Shown one piece after another: positions 50,968-62,254 of a stretch of DNA of 64,000 bases. Each line of letters starts with the position of its first letter. Position 1 is the first letter of the stretch. Position numbers and translations under genes: made by a program. The notes under the pieces are model-generated. The model did no database searches. It had not been told where the DNA came from and saw nothing but the letters and a program-made list of their open reading frames with translations. The stretch is from positions 4,800,001 to 4,864,000 of the forward strand of contig OZ250150.1 of assembly GCA_965237675.1 (NCBI GenBank), read 5' to 3'. Origin of the DNA: Candidatus Latescibacterota bacterium (GTDB lineage Bacteria; Latescibacterota; UBA2968; GCA-2709665).

Positions 50968-50990
50968 ATAAAACGATTCGCCCATATAAA
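50955..50990. repeat. 18-bp tandem duplication spanning the scpB start
   Basis: ACGATTCGCCCATATAAA twice. Confidence 0.85.
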
Positions 50991-51067
50991 AAACTCGAGT
51001 GGATCGAATATCCGAATGCCCGAAACAGCATCAAACCTGTGACAAGCCGCCGATGAACGCCATGCGG

Positions 51068-51865
51068 TCAATGTTCGGATTCCGATTGTGAGCCTGGTTC
51101 CGTGTTATCCCGTTTGTAGATCCAGATTTCACCTTCCGGACCGCCCTGTCTGGCAAGGGCTCGTCCGGTCTTGATTAACTCGAGCATCGCAATGAAAGTG
51201 ACAATGAGGACAATTCGCGGAAGCCCGGAAACCAGATCCGAGAACTGAACCCGATGCCTTTTTTCCAGAACGTCGAGGACGATCTCCATCCGTTCCTCGG
51301 TCGTTACTTCCACCTGATGCACCTCGTGGAAGTCCACTTTCGGCGCAGCGGCGAGGGCCGCCCTGAACGCCGCCATCAGATCGAACAAACTCACCGAACG
51401 ATAGGCTGCCGACGGATCCTCTTCGGCCTCTTCGATTTCTCCCTTATCCAGAGCGGCACCCCTGTAAAAACTATCTCGATGTAAATGCTGCTTGTCTTCG
51501 AGCCAATTGGCCACTTCCTTGAATTGCTGGTATTCCAGCAGACGCCGAACGAGCTCTTCCCTGGGATCTTCGGCCTCCTCGTCCGTATCGGGATCGGCTG
51601 GCAGCAACATGCGTGACTTGATCTTCATCAGTGTGGCCGCCATGACCAGAAAATCTCCGGCAGTTTCCAGATTGAGCGTCTGCATCATTTCGACAAACTC
51701 CAGAAACTGCCGTGTGACATCTGCGATCGGAATATCGTAAATGTCGATCTCATCCTTCCGAATCAGAAAAAGCAACAGATCCAGCGGGCCCTCGAAAACC
51801 TCCAGCTTCACTCCATAGGCATTGCCGCCGAAGTTTCCCTGAACTGCAGGCGATTCGGCACTCAT
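51068..51865 (-). CDS. scpA: Segregation/condensation protein A
   Basis: FEGPLDLLLFLI and FIAMLEL motifs. Confidence 0.94.
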   Translation of the reverse strand: MSAESPAVQGNFGGNAYGVKLEVFEGPLDLLLFLIRKDEIDIYDIPIADVTRQFLEFVEMMQTLNLETAGDFLVMAATLMKIKSRMLLPADPDTDEEAEDPREELVRRLLEYQQFKEVANWLEDKQHLHRDSFYRGAALDKGEIEEAEEDPSAAYRSVSLFDLMAAFRAALAAAPKVDFHEVHQVEVTTEERMEIVLDVLEKRHRVQFSDLVSGLPRIVLIVTFIAMLELIKTGRALARQGGPEGEIWIYKRDNTEPGSQSESEH

Positions 51866-51968
51866 TGATGTAATCTCCCCTGACGTCCTGCCGAGTCCCG
51901 AACGCGGTCGATACGCGGGGCAATGTGAGATGACTGCCCGCGGGTCTCCGGCGTCTGAAGCCGGCGTT

Positions 51969-52478
51969 TCAATCCATAAACAGATACGGCCGCCATCGCT
52001 GGTCCGGCACCCCGATCAACTGGCTGATGGAGGTGACCGTGCTGGGCCTGCGGGGTCGGCGCAACAGGTTGATTCCGGCCTGTTCCAGCGTTTGATTACC
52101 CTTGAGATTGTTGCACGTCAAACAGGCACATACCAGGTTCTCCCAGGTGTCCCGACCGTTCCCGGTACGGGGAACCACGTGGTCGACTGTCATTGGACCC
52201 TTTCGGGTACCGCAATACTGGCACCGGTGCCCATCTCGTTTCAAGACATTTTTCTTGGACAGCGCGAGTTGCTTGGGGGCAACGCGCACGTAAAGCCCCA
52301 GGCGTACGACACTGGGCACCGGGAATCGGTCGGACACCGTTCGGATATACAGATCGAGCGCTTCAATGACCTCTGCGCGCCCCCGAAACACGAGCACAAT
52401 CGCCCGCCGTACGCTACACACCTGGATGGGTTCGTAACTCTGGTTCAGGACCAGCACCGGCTGGTTTAGCAATGGCAC
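51969..52478 (-). CDS. HNH endonuclease (McrA-like)
   Basis: VLVLNQSYEP, RDGHRCQYC, TVDHVVP and WENLVCACLTCNNLKG motifs. Confidence 0.92.
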   Translation of the reverse strand: MPLLNQPVLVLNQSYEPIQVCSVRRAIVLVFRGRAEVIEALDLYIRTVSDRFPVPSVVRLGLYVRVAPKQLALSKKNVLKRDGHRCQYCGTRKGPMTVDHVVPRTGNGRDTWENLVCACLTCNNLKGNQTLEQAGINLLRRPRRPSTVTSISQLIGVPDQRWRPYLFMD

Positions 52479-52632
52479 ACACCCCCTTTTGCGACAGCCC
52501 GGGGTAAAGAAGGATGAACACAGCGGAAGCGATCCGCCCGCATTGCAGATGACCCAGTCCTTCGCCGTCAGGAGACCGGCCGTGCGTTACAAAATATCGC
52601 GATGATTTCTCGACTGAACGACGGGTCGGCCC

Positions 52633-52670
52633 GTGTTCTGTACCGGAGATAAATTGCCGGGACAGGACAC
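52633..52670. mobile_element. Minimal 38-bp copy of the MITE family (two abutting terminal repeats)
   Basis: GTGTTCTGTACCGGAGATA-AATTGCCGGGACAGGACAC. Confidence 0.7.
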
Positions 52671-52926
52671 CAGGATCGAATCTGAGGTGGACCCCGCTCG
52701 AGATGTCACGCCGGGAAGCCTCGGAAACCAGGGTTGGCCACGAGCGTGGAATTTCTCTTAACAGAAACAAAATAAAGCCTTTATGAAACGGATGTCAAGC
52801 GCATACCGCGCCGTGAAAGTTAAAATCGCGCGTGACGGCTGTACCAGATCGGCACACGGTGAACGGGTCATTGGAACCGAGGTCGTCGAGCCCAATCGGT
52901 GATGGATCCGAGGGCTCGATCGGCTG

Positions 52927-53313
52927 CTATGGCTCTCCGATAAGCTCGCCATAGGCCTGCGGACTGAGAAGCGATTCGAGTTCGTCAACACGGGTCATCC
53001 GAACGACAATCATCCATCCCTCACCGTAGGGATCTGAGTTGATATGAGCCGCATCTTCGGTGAGTTCCCGATGGACCTCGAGCACTTCGCCCGACACGGG
53101 CGCATAGAGGTCTTCGACCGTCTTCACCGCCTCGATCGTCCCGAAAACCTGGCCCTGGTCGACCTGTCCTCCGGTTTCCGGCAATTCGGCAAAAACGATA
53201 TCGCCCAACTCGCCCTGTGCATAGTCTGTAATGCCAATCGTGGCCCGTTCTCCGTCGATACGAATCCATTCGTGCTCCAACGTGAACAAAAGGCCTTCCG
53301 GAATCTCCGACAT
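52927..53313 (-). CDS. gcvH: Glycine cleavage system H protein
   Basis: EHEW, GITDYAQGELGD, EAVK (lipoyl lysine) and NSDPYGEGW motifs. Confidence 0.96.
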   Translation of the reverse strand: MSEIPEGLLFTLEHEWIRIDGERATIGITDYAQGELGDIVFAELPETGGQVDQGQVFGTIEAVKTVEDLYAPVSGEVLEVHRELTEDAAHINSDPYGEGWMIVVRMTRVDELESLLSPQAYGELIGEP

Positions 53314-53412
53314 GTCAGATGACTCCTGATTGTAAAGAAAGGGATATGTCCGGCGAGGGTCGCTCGCGTTACCGAAAGTTGTCGTTTTACGTTGCGGGGG
53401 TCTTGTAGACGC

Positions 53413-54771
53413 TCATCCACCATATCCCAACTTGGCCACGAATTCCGTGTCGAACCGACCCTCTTGAAATTCGGAATGTCGCATCGCGCTGAGATGAAAG
53501 GGAATGGTTGTAGGGATTCCCTCGATCACGAATTCCTCGAGCGCGCGGACCATTCGCGCCGTTGCCTCCTCACGGGTGTCGCCATACGCGAGCAACTTCG
53601 CAAGGAGCGAATCATAGTGGGAAGGGACACGATAGCCGGCATAAGCATGGGAATCGATCCGGATGCCCGGACCGCCCGGCGCATGGTAAGTGCGGATTTC
53701 CCCCGCGGAAGGACGAAAGTTGTGTTCGGGATCCTCGGCGTTAATGCGGCATTCGATGGCGTGCCCCGTCGGCTGTATGTCTTCCTGGGTAAACGGAAGC
53801 GGTTCCCCCGCAGCCACCCGGATCTGGGCTTTCACCAGATCGATTCCCGTCACCATCTCCGTGACCGGATGCTCGACCTGGATGCGGGTGTTCATTTCAA
53901 GAAAATAAAAACTCCCCGATGCATCGAGCAGAAATTCCACGGTTCCGGCGCCCGAATAACCCACCGCCCTGGCCCCCGAAACGGCTTCTTTACCCATCCG
54001 CCTGCGCAGATCCTCGTCGACCACTGGCGAGGGAGACTCTTCGATCAGCTTCTGATGACGCCGCTGTATGGAACACTCGCGCTCACCCAGATGCACGATG
54101 TTGCCGGCCTGGTCGCCCATAACCTGGATCTCTACGTGCCGGGGCGCCACGACTTCCTTTTCCAGGTACAGCGTACCCGACGTGAACGCGGCAGAAGCCT
54201 CGGCCTGCGCGGCAGCCCAGGCCCGCTCGAGGCCGTCCGGCGAGGTCACGGTGCGCATCCCCCTTCCGCCACCCCCGGCAACGGCTTTCAGGCGAATAGG
54301 GTATCCGATCTCTTCGGCGGCCCGTTCCGCCTCTGCGAGGGCATGCAATACCCCGGTGCCTGGCACAACCGGCACGGTTGCGGCCATCATCGTTTCCCGG
54401 GCGACGGCTTTGTCACCCATCCTGCGAATGGCTTCCGGCGATGGTCCGATGAACACAATGCCGCACGAAGCGCACATCTCGGCAAAATCGGCATTCTCGG
54501 CCAATGGACCGTACCCGGGGTGAATCGCGTCGGCGTTGGTCACTTCCGCGGCGCTCAGAATCCGCGGGATGTTCCGATAGCTCTGGTCTCCTGGAGGCGG
54601 ACCTATACAGACATCCTCGTCAGCAACACCAATATGCAGGGAATTGGCATCGGCTTCGGAATGAACCGCAATCGTCCGGATACCGAGTTCCTTACATGCC
54701 CGGATGACACGCACGGCGATTTCGCCGCGGTCGGCAACAAGGATCTTATTAAATAAGGGAGTGGATGACAC
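53413..54771 (-). CDS. accC: Acetyl-CoA carboxylase biotin carboxylase
   Basis: [23 protein letters not shown] and [14 protein letters not shown] motifs. Confidence 0.94.
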   Translation of the reverse strand: MSSTPLFNKILVADRGEIAVRVIRACKELGIRTIAVHSEADANSLHIGVADEDVCIGPPPGDQSYRNIPRILSAAEVTNADAIHPGYGPLAENADFAEMCASCGIVFIGPSPEAIRRMGDKAVARETMMAATVPVVPGTGVLHALAEAERAAEEIGYPIRLKAVAGGGGRGMRTVTSPDGLERAWAAAQAEASAAFTSGTLYLEKEVVAPRHVEIQVMGDQAGNIVHLGERECSIQRRHQKLIEESPSPVVDEDLRRRMGKEAVSGARAVGYSGAGTVEFLLDASGSFYFLEMNTRIQVEHPVTEMVTGIDLVKAQIRVAAGEPLPFTQEDIQPTGHAIECRINAEDPEHNFRPSAGEIRTYHAPGGPGIRIDSHAYAGYRVPSHYDSLLAKLLAYGDTREEATARMVRALEEFVIEGIPTTIPFHLSAMRHSEFQEGRFDTEFVAKLGYGG

Positions 54772-54824
54772 GACTGATTCGGTGGGATCGCGGCCAGTAC
54801 CGCCGCAGGGGTGAAAGAAGCGCC

Positions 54825-55298
54825 TTATAGCGGTTCGATGAGGAAAAGAGGTGTGTTGTACTCGACGGGATTGCCATTCTCAACAAGAACTCGAACCACC
54901 CTGCCGCTTGCATCCGCTTCGATTTCGTTCATAATTTTCATGGCTTCAATAATACATAAAGTCTGTCCGACCGACACGACATCGCCTTCCTCCACAAAGG
55001 CCGGCGAGTCAGGGTTGGGCGCGCGATAGAACATGCCGACCATGGGCGAACAAATACTGTGCAACCCCTCGGTCTCGTCGGGTTCGGCGGAAGGGGCTGT
55101 GTCATCGGCATCGGGCGGCCGCGAAGCGGTGTGAAACTGGGCAACCGGCTGGACCGCGGCCGCATCGATGCCCGTGGCGACACGTATTCTTCGAAGTCCC
55201 AGAAAACCACGCTCGATTTCAATCTCCCGGACCTTCTCTTCGCCAACCAGTCCGATCAACGTCTGAAGGGTCTCCATCATGTCTTTGGAGAGTTTCAC
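54825..55298 (-). CDS. accB: Biotin carboxyl carrier protein
   Basis: SPMVG and EAMKIMN motifs. Confidence 0.94.
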   Translation of the reverse strand: MKLSKDMMETLQTLIGLVGEEKVREIEIERGFLGLRRIRVATGIDAAAVQPVAQFHTASRPPDADDTAPSAEPDETEGLHSICSPMVGMFYRAPNPDSPAFVEEGDVVSVGQTLCIIEAMKIMNEIEADASGRVVRVLVENGNPVEYNTPLFLIEPL

Positions 55299-55390
55299 GC
55301 GCGCTCCTTCGGAAAATCAACGACCGGCAATAAGGGATCGGGGCACGCCGGCCGACAGGCTCCCCGAACCCGATTCCCATCGCCTCTCGA

Positions 55391-55948
55391 TCAAATTCGC
55401 TCCACGTACGTTTCCGTTCGGGTATCTATTTTCAGAACGTCGCCCCGTTCCACGAAAAGGGGCACCTGGACCGAAGCCCCTGTTTCGAGAACGGCCGGTT
55501 TGCTTCCACCGCTGGCGGTGTCTCCCCGAAGCCCGGGGTCCGTCTCCGTGACCGCCAGTTCCACAAAAATGGGCAACACCACGCTCACGGCGTTTTGCTC
55601 AGCGACCAGAATATCCAGAATCTCGTTCTCTTTCAAATACTTGACTGCGTTTCCCATCACCTCGGGAGACAGTTCATACTGGTCGTATGTTTCGTTATCC
55701 ATAAAACAGTACAGATCGCCGGACTTGTAAAGGAATTGCATCTTCCGCCGTTCCAGCCGGACATCGTCCACCTTGTCGCCCGAACGATACGTCCGGTCTA
55801 TCATTGCTCCCGTCTTCACTCCTTTGAGCCGGGTACGCACGACAGCCGCGCCCTTGCCAGGTTTAAAATGCTCGAACTCGACCATAAAATAAAGATCGCC
55901 GTCGAGGCGCAAGACCATACCATTTCTGAAATCAGACGTTGAGACCAT
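55391..55948 (-). CDS. efp: Elongation factor P
   Basis: KPGKG, GDTASG and QVPLFV motifs. Confidence 0.96.
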   Translation of the reverse strand: MVSTSDFRNGMVLRLDGDLYFMVEFEHFKPGKGAAVVRTRLKGVKTGAMIDRTYRSGDKVDDVRLERRKMQFLYKSGDLYCFMDNETYDQYELSPEVMGNAVKYLKENEILDILVAEQNAVSVVLPIFVELAVTETDPGLRGDTASGGSKPAVLETGASVQVPLFVERGDVLKIDTRTETYVERI

Positions 55949-55957
55949 AGTTCGGAA

Positions 55958-56710
55958 TTATCCTCCAGCGCACGTTCTATCCATCTTCTGAAGTTCCTTC
56001 AGCCGTTTCTTTATCAGTCCATTCCGGGGTTCAAGCTCTCGAACCTGCTCCAGGATGGCCACCGCCTCCTGTATCAGTCCTTGCGTCACGTACAGCTCGG
56101 CAAGGGTGGAAGTCGCGATTGGCGCGTTATCAGAGTCGGAATCGGTAATCGCGGCGGTCTTGTTGTGCGAATCACCGTGGACCAGAAGGTCCCGCAACAG
56201 TTGGGACAGACCCTCGCGTTCTGCCTGGACCTCGTTTGTACCGGTGGTATCGTCTGCCGCCAGGGGCTCCGGCTCGTCGCCGGACCTGGACTCGGAGGCC
56301 CGTTCGTTTTCCGGCTGAGCAACAGCACCGATCTCTGTAACCAGCATCCGGCTCAACGGATCAACCACTCCGGCACACCGGAAACGCTGCAGGGCCTGTT
56401 CCTCGAGGCCCATCCTCCGTTCGATCCTGCCGAGCAACCAGTAGGCCGCCGGATTGTCCGGATCCAGTGCGAGCGTGTCGTAAAGTGCCTGACGGGCTTC
56501 TCCAAGCCGTTCGGCCGCCAGGTGGCATCTGCCCAGGACCAGATGGCCGGTCGGATAGAAGGGACGATATCTTAGCCCCTTCCGACAGATTTCCGTGGCG
56601 CGGTCCACGTTGCCCGATCGCAGCATCTCATCGGCGAGGCGCGCAAACAGGATAGACGTGGGATTCTTGCGACAGATGCTCTCAAGCTTTGCAGGAGATG
56701 TGGTCGTCAT
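55958..56710 (-). CDS. Tetratricopeptide repeat protein
   Basis: FARLAD, TPR helices and TSTLAELYVTQG motif. Confidence 0.85.
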   Translation of the reverse strand: MTTTSPAKLESICRKNPTSILFARLADEMLRSGNVDRATEICRKGLRYRPFYPTGHLVLGRCHLAAERLGEARQALYDTLALDPDNPAAYWLLGRIERRMGLEEQALQRFRCAGVVDPLSRMLVTEIGAVAQPENERASESRSGDEPEPLAADDTTGTNEVQAEREGLSQLLRDLLVHGDSHNKTAAITDSDSDNAPIATSTLAELYVTQGLIQEAVAILEQVRELEPRNGLIKKRLKELQKMDRTCAGG

Positions 56711-56741
56711 CGTCTCACCAACCCATCAAAACCGGACGTGA

Positions 56742-56770
56742 AGTATAGGAAAAAGACCAAAGCTTGTCAA
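56742..56770 (-). promoter_or_regulatory. Sigma70 promoter of the TPR-efp-acc operon
   Basis: TTGACA-17 nt-TATACT on the minus strand. Confidence 0.6.
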
Positions 56771-57186
56771 GGCCGCGACAACAGGCCCGCGCGTCGCGTT
56801 CCGCGCCGACGGCCCGGTTGCATTGCAACACGGCAGGAAAAGGCCGTTTTGTGGCCGCCCTGCAATCGGAATCCCGTCTCAAGCCGTACGACCGCGTCCA
56901 AATCGTCTCCTGGGGTCATCTGTCCGGTTGAAAACCCGAGCCGCGGCATCCAATGTAAAAAACTCTGCGAAAAATACGCCATCAAATCTTGGCTGTCGCC
57001 GGCCGGTTTCCACATTCCCCTGAATTGAACGAGTTTCGGAACCATGCCTGAGGCGAACCGTCTTGATTTTACCATTGCCCGCAGGGTTGAAATTTCCCTG
57101 GAATTGCCTTGTGCGAATATGGGCGATGTGCTATATTCTAACCCGTTTCAGGCTCAATCTCGCATCTGCTTTATCCGCTTGAGGAG

Positions 57187-57714
57187 GTGGTTTTGGAACT
57201 CATCAAGCTATTCGTATCGTTTACGAAGGTCGGCATATTCGCTTATGGGGGCGGGCCATCCATGATCCCGCTGGTCCAGGAGGAAGTGGTCGACGTTCAC
57301 GGCTGGATGACCATTGAGGAATTTACCGACGCGCTCGCGATGGGATATGCCCTTCCCGGTCCTATCGCCACAAAAATGGCCGCCTATATCGGTTACCAGG
57401 TCGCACAGACCCCAGGGCTGATCGTCGCGCTTCTGGGCACAGTCTTTCCGTCGCTCCTCCTGATGATGATTCTGGGACTCTTCTTCATGGCGTATAAGGG
57501 CGCCCCGGCCGTCCAGGCGATGCTCAAGGCTGTCCGGCCGGCGGTTGTCGGCCTTCTTCTCGTCGTGGTCTGGCAGATGGCGCCCAAGTCCGTTAACTCA
57601 TGGCATACGGGCCTGATCGCCCTCGCGGCGTTTGTCGCCATCCATTTCTTGAACCTCCACCCGGCCGTTGCGATCGTCGGCACGGCGGTCCTGGGCCTCG
57701 CCGTCTACCGGTAG
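57187..57714 (+). CDS. Short-chain chromate transporter (CHR family)
   Basis: AYGGG, LPGP and VRPAVVGL motifs. Confidence 0.88.
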   Translation: MVLELIKLFVSFTKVGIFAYGGGPSMIPLVQEEVVDVHGWMTIEEFTDALAMGYALPGPIATKMAAYIGYQVAQTPGLIVALLGTVFPSLLLMMILGLFFMAYKGAPAVQAMLKAVRPAVVGLLLVVVWQMAPKSVNSWHTGLIALAAFVAIHFLNLHPAVAIVGTAVLGLAVYR

Positions 57715-57757
57715 GATTGGTAAAACGGGTATTTCTCTCCGGGGAGCCTGATTCCGC

Positions 57758-58771
57758 ATGATGGACTACTCGATCCTTGAACACAATTCGTTAAAAAATA
57801 GACGTTTAACCGAAAAAGAGATGTTGGCGGTACTCGATACGCCAACCGAAGACCTGCTCCCGCTGATCCACGCGGCCTATCGCGTCCGCTATCACTATTT
57901 CGGGAACAAAGTGCGCCTACACGTGTTGCAGAACGCCAAAAGCGGTCTCTGTCCGGAAGATTGCGCCTACTGTTCCCAATCTGCCGTGTCGACCGCTAAC
58001 ATCAGCAAGTATCCGCTGTTGCCACGGGAACAGATCCTGGACGGCGCCAGAAAAGCCAAGGCAGGACGCGCCTTGCGCTATTGTATTGTCACCAGCGGCC
58101 GAGGCCCCACGGACAGAGAAGTGGAGACCGTTGCCGACACCGTGCGTGAAATCAAACAGACCGTCGATATCGACATCTGCTGCTGTATGGGGCTGCTGGA
58201 CGAAACACAGGCCCGAACGTTGAAAGCGGCCGGTGTGGACCGGATCAATCATAACCTCAACACCAGCGCCCGGCACCATATTAATATCTGCACCACCCAC
58301 ACCTACACGGACCGGCTGAAGACCCTTCAGGCCGTCAAGGCCGCCGGGCTGGAGACCTGTTGCGGGGGCATCATCGGAATGGGCGAGTCCCGACAGGACA
58401 TCGTGGACCTGGCCGTGGCCGTCCGGGAACTCGACATCGATTCGATCCCGGTCAACTTTCTACATCCCATAGAGGGCACGCCGCTCGCCGGGCGAAAACC
58501 GACGACGCCGCAGGACGGTCTGAAGGCACTCTGCCTGTTCCGCTTTGTCAACCCGAATAAAGAAATCCGCATCGCGGGCGGGCGCGAACACACGCTCCGG
58601 TCCCTTCAAGCCCTGGCCCTCTATCCGGCGAACTCCGTCTTTATGGAGGGCTACCTGACTACCGGGGGGCAATCCGTTACGGAAACCCATCGTCTGATCG
58701 AAGATATGGGATTTGAAGTCGAAGAGAAGTGGAAGCCAGAGGACAAAGCAAACGTACTGGTTTGCGATTAA
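57758..58771 (+). CDS. bioB: Biotin synthase
   Basis: CPEDCAYCSQS, NHNLNTS, SIPVNF and RIAGGRE motifs. Confidence 0.95.
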   Translation: MMDYSILEHNSLKNRRLTEKEMLAVLDTPTEDLLPLIHAAYRVRYHYFGNKVRLHVLQNAKSGLCPEDCAYCSQSAVSTANISKYPLLPREQILDGARKAKAGRALRYCIVTSGRGPTDREVETVADTVREIKQTVDIDICCCMGLLDETQARTLKAAGVDRINHNLNTSARHHINICTTHTYTDRLKTLQAVKAAGLETCCGGIIGMGESRQDIVDLAVAVRELDIDSIPVNFLHPIEGTPLAGRKPTTPQDGLKALCLFRFVNPNKEIRIAGGREHTLRSLQALALYPANSVFMEGYLTTGGQSVTETHRLIEDMGFEVEEKWKPEDKANVLVCD

Positions 58772-58804
58772 GAGCGCCGGGTCGCGACAATACACCGGAA
58801 CCTT

Positions 58805-60685
58805 ATGTGGACCTACGATAAACATTACGATATCATTGTTGTGGGTGCGGGGCACGCGGGAACCGAGGCCGCCCTGGCGGGCGCCCGCATGGGATGCAAG
58901 ACCCTGCTGCTGACCATGAATCTCGACACAGTCGCCCAGATGTCCTGCAATCCCGCGGTCGGGGGCATTGCCAAAGGCCACATGGTGCGCGAAATTGATG
59001 CGTTGGGCGGCGAAATGGCGCAGAACATCGATGCTACGGGCCTGCAATTCCGCCTGCTCAACCGACGCAAAGGGCCGGCAGTGCAGGCGCCACGGGCACA
59101 GGCCGACAAAAAAGCGTATCAATTCCGCATGAAATATGTCGTGGAAAGCCAGGCGAACCTGGACCTCAAGCAGGGCCTGATCGAGGATCTGCTGGTTGAC
59201 GACGGGCGAATCAAGGGCATTGTGACCAAATCCAGAACGGTCTTCCTGGCGCAGACCGTCATTCTGACCACCGGCACTTTCCTTAAGGGCCTCATTCACG
59301 TGGGCGACCTGTCCTATAACGCAGGTCGTGCCGGCGAGCAATCCGCCGAACGAGCATCAGACGGGCTCCGGCGGTTGGGGTTTGAACTGGGAAGGCTGAA
59401 AACAGGCACGCCACCACGAATCAACTCCCGCAGCGTGGATTACAGTGTGATGGAAATCCAGCCAGGTGACGAGCAACCGTGCCCTTTCTCCTTCCGTACC
59501 GAGGCCATCACACAGGAACAACTCAACTGCCACATCACTTACACCACGCCAGAAACCCACGATATCATCCGCCGAAATCTGGATCGCTCGGCAATGTACA
59601 GCGGCCGTATCCAGTCCGTGGGACCACGGTACTGCCCTTCGATCGAAGACAAGATCGTTAAATTTGCAGACAAGCAAAAGCACCAGCTCTTTGTGGAGCC
59701 GGAAGGCTACAACACGCTCGAAGTCTATCTCAACGGTCTGTCAATGAGCCTGCCTGAAGATGTTCAGGTCGAAGTTGTCCGCAGCATTCCCGGCCTTGAA
59801 ATGGCGGAAATCATGCGACCGGGTTATGCCGTTGAATACGACTACGTCCCTCCAACCCAGATCCTTCCCACCCTGGAAACCAAACCGGTCCGCGGCCTGT
59901 TTTTCGCCGGACAAATCAACGGCACCACCGGCTACGAAGAAGCGGCCGGACAGGGCCTGATGGCGGGCATCAATGCCGCTTTGCAGGTCAGGAACGAGGA
60001 AGCCCTCATTCTGGACCGCGCCCAGGCTTATATCGGCGTTCTGATTGACGACCTCACCACGAAGGGTACCGAAGAGCCGTATCGAATGTTTACCGCGTTG
60101 GCGGAATACCGTCTGTTGTTGCGGCACGACAACGCCGACCTGCGCCTGACCGAAATCGGTCACAAGATCGGGCTGATTCCTGAAAGCGCCTACGAATCCT
60201 TCAAGCGCCGCGCGGACGCTATTGCCGCCGAACAACGCCGCCTGCAAAGCGTGAGAGTCACGCCCTCAAACCGGGTTCAGAAGACCCTTCTTGAAGCGGG
60301 CACCTCCCCTCTGGCGCAGTCCACACCTCTGATTGATCTGCTGCGCAGACCCCAGCTCGACTACCGGTTTGTTCAGGCAGTGGCGCCCCCACCGGAACCG
60401 CTGCCACCTGATGTATGCCAATCCGTCGAGGTCGAACTCAAATACGAAGGTTATATCCAACGCCAGAAGGCGCAGGTGGCCAGGTTTCAGGATCTGGAGA
60501 CAAAGCGCCTTCCAGACAACATCAATTACCTGGACCTACCCGCCATCTCCCGCGAGGCTGCCGAAAAGCTCTCGCGGGTACGCCCTCGCTCCCTAGGCCA
60601 GGCTTCGCGAATTCCGGGTGTTTCGCCCGCGGACATCTCGACCCTGATCGTCCTCCTGAAAGTCCGCGCCAAGGGCGCGGCATGA
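58805..60685 (+). CDS. mnmG: tRNA uridine 5-carboxymethylaminomethyl modification enzyme
   Basis: [25 protein letters not shown] and [12 protein letters not shown] motifs. Confidence 0.97.
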   Translation: MWTYDKHYDIIVVGAGHAGTEAALAGARMGCKTLLLTMNLDTVAQMSCNPAVGGIAKGHMVREIDALGGEMAQNIDATGLQFRLLNRRKGPAVQAPRAQADKKAYQFRMKYVVESQANLDLKQGLIEDLLVDDGRIKGIVTKSRTVFLAQTVILTTGTFLKGLIHVGDLSYNAGRAGEQSAERASDGLRRLGFELGRLKTGTPPRINSRSVDYSVMEIQPGDEQPCPFSFRTEAITQEQLNCHITYTTPETHDIIRRNLDRSAMYSGRIQSVGPRYCPSIEDKIVKFADKQKHQLFVEPEGYNTLEVYLNGLSMSLPEDVQVEVVRSIPGLEMAEIMRPGYAVEYDYVPPTQILPTLETKPVRGLFFAGQINGTTGYEEAAGQGLMAGINAALQVRNEEALILDRAQAYIGVLIDDLTTKGTEEPYRMFTALAEYRLLLRHDNADLRLTEIGHKIGLIPESAYESFKRRADAIAAEQRRLQSVRVTPSNRVQKTLLEAGTSPLAQSTPLIDLLRRPQLDYRFVQAVAPPPEPLPPDVCQSVEVELKYEGYIQRQKAQVARFQDLETKRLPDNINYLDLPAISREAAEKLSRVRPRSLGQASRIPGVSPADISTLIVLLKVRAKGAA

Positions 60686-61542
60686 GTGTTAGCGCGGAAC
60701 AGGTGCAGGCCATTCTCTCGTTGCTGGCCGACCAGGACGGCGATATTGTGGCCATCGTGAGGGGCAAACTGTTCAGATTGGGCGAGCCGGTTGTTCGCGA
60801 GGTCCTGGAGGCCGCGCCCCGCGGGTCGGCGGCCCAACGGGAGGCGGGACGGGTCCTGCTGTCCCTGAAGGAACCCCCGCTGGAAGCGCAGTTCCGAGAT
60901 CTTCAGGAGGGTCCTACCGGCGACGTCGATCTGGAAACGGCGTCGTTCACCCTGGCCAAGCTCGAATACCCCGCCCTCGACATTCAACGTTACAGAAGCC
61001 GACTCAATAGGATGGCCGAGGATCTGGCACCCTCCATTGCCCCGGACGACCATCCGCTCAGAATTATTCAGACCCTGAACCACTACCTTTTTGAGTTACA
61101 GGGCTTCAGAAGACAAAAAAACGAACCCGTCCTTCCGGCCGCCAGTTACTTGAACCGGGTTCTGGAACGCAAAACGGGGCTGCCCATCTCGATATCGGCG
61201 CTCTTCATTTTTCTGGGCCGCCGGCTCGACCTGCCAATTCTGGGCATCGGGATGCCCTTTCACTTCATCGCCAAATACAAGTCATCGGACGGCATGGAGT
61301 TCCTTTTCGACCCCTACAACAAGGGTCAACTCTTAACGGCGAATGAATGCGCGGAATATCTCTCCAGGTTCGACCTGGAGTTTGAGCCATCCATGCTGCG
61401 TCAATCATCCGACCGGCAAATTCTCACCCGCATGATGTTAAACCTCTGTGCCGCCTACCGATATAAAAAGGATGCGCGAAAGGTCGACACCCTCAACCGT
61501 CTGGTTCGGATCCTCCTCAAGCATTCTCCTTTGCAGGAGTAA
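60682..61542 (+). CDS. SirB1 family / transglutaminase-like core protein
   Basis: [33 protein letters not shown] and ILTRMMLNL motifs. Confidence 0.85.
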   Translation: MSVSAEQVQAILSLLADQDGDIVAIVRGKLFRLGEPVVREVLEAAPRGSAAQREAGRVLLSLKEPPLEAQFRDLQEGPTGDVDLETASFTLAKLEYPALDIQRYRSRLNRMAEDLAPSIAPDDHPLRIIQTLNHYLFELQGFRRQKNEPVLPAASYLNRVLERKTGLPISISALFIFLGRRLDLPILGIGMPFHFIAKYKSSDGMEFLFDPYNKGQLLTANECAEYLSRFDLEFEPSMLRQSSDRQILTRMMLNLCAAYRYKKDARKVDTLNRLVRILLKHSPLQE

Positions 61543-61721
61543 CCGGTTCGTTTCATTCTGAAATCCTCGGCCAGAAGCCAGTGCCGTTGTTCCTTCGCGC
61601 TGCTTTACCGCCGGGATTTCAGAATCCTACACTGAACATCTACCTCATCCCGTCCATGGGCGGCGCACTGGAAGGTCACAATTCCGTCTGCCAGCGCAAA
61701 ATCTGTTACCGTGCTCAAGTC

Positions 61722-62195
61722 ATGCCCGAAAACATCAAAATCGTCGTACAGAACCGCAAGGCCCGGCGAGACTATTTTCTGGTCGACACCTACGAAGCCG
61801 GCGTCGAACTCAAAGGAACCGAGGTGAAGTCACTTCGCCTCGGCAATGCAAACCTGGCAGACAGCCACGCCCGCGTGGAAAACAACGAAGTCTACCTGCA
61901 CAACCTCCACATTGGCGAATACACCGAGGCCAACCGCTTCAATCATGATCCCGTTCGTAAACGCCGGCTGTTGCTGCACAGATACGAAATCAACCGGCTC
62001 AGAGTTCGAACCGAAGAAAAAGGTCTCACGCTTGTTGCCCTGAAGCTCTATTTCAAACGCGGCAGGGCCAAGGTCGAACTGGCCCTTGCCCGGGGTAAAC
62101 GCGAATATGACCGGCGCCGTGACATTGCCGAACGCGACGCGCAGCGCGAGATGCGGCGAGAACTCAAGATACGGCACACGGGATCCGGGATCTAG
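61722..62195 (+). CDS. smpB: SsrA-binding protein
   Basis: NRKARRDY, EAGVELKGTEVKSLR and RRLLLH motifs. Confidence 0.96.
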   Translation: MPENIKIVVQNRKARRDYFLVDTYEAGVELKGTEVKSLRLGNANLADSHARVENNEVYLHNLHIGEYTEANRFNHDPVRKRRLLLHRYEINRLRVRTEEKGLTLVALKLYFKRGRAKVELALARGKREYDRRRDIAERDAQREMRRELKIRHTGSGI

Positions 62196-62254
62196 TGTCA
62201 GGGGCGGCTCGATTCCGATCCGGATTCGTCATCTCCATCCTGTCGGGTAGGTCC

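Noticed and set aside
49522-51042. 506-aa plus-strand ORF; likewise 53392-54756, 47584-48741, 40422-41522 and 1145-2161
   Set aside because: Antisense shadow frames of well-supported genes in GC-rich DNA, with no family motifs.
51969-52478. HNH nuclease as part of a defence or mobile system
   Set aside because: A common stand-alone McrA-like family in a housekeeping context, with no methylase or effector neighbours.
56767-57075. 102-aa ORF containing MTPGDDLDAVVRLE (GNAT/RimI-like start)
   Set aside because: The similarity is too short to support a call, and it lies between divergent promoters.
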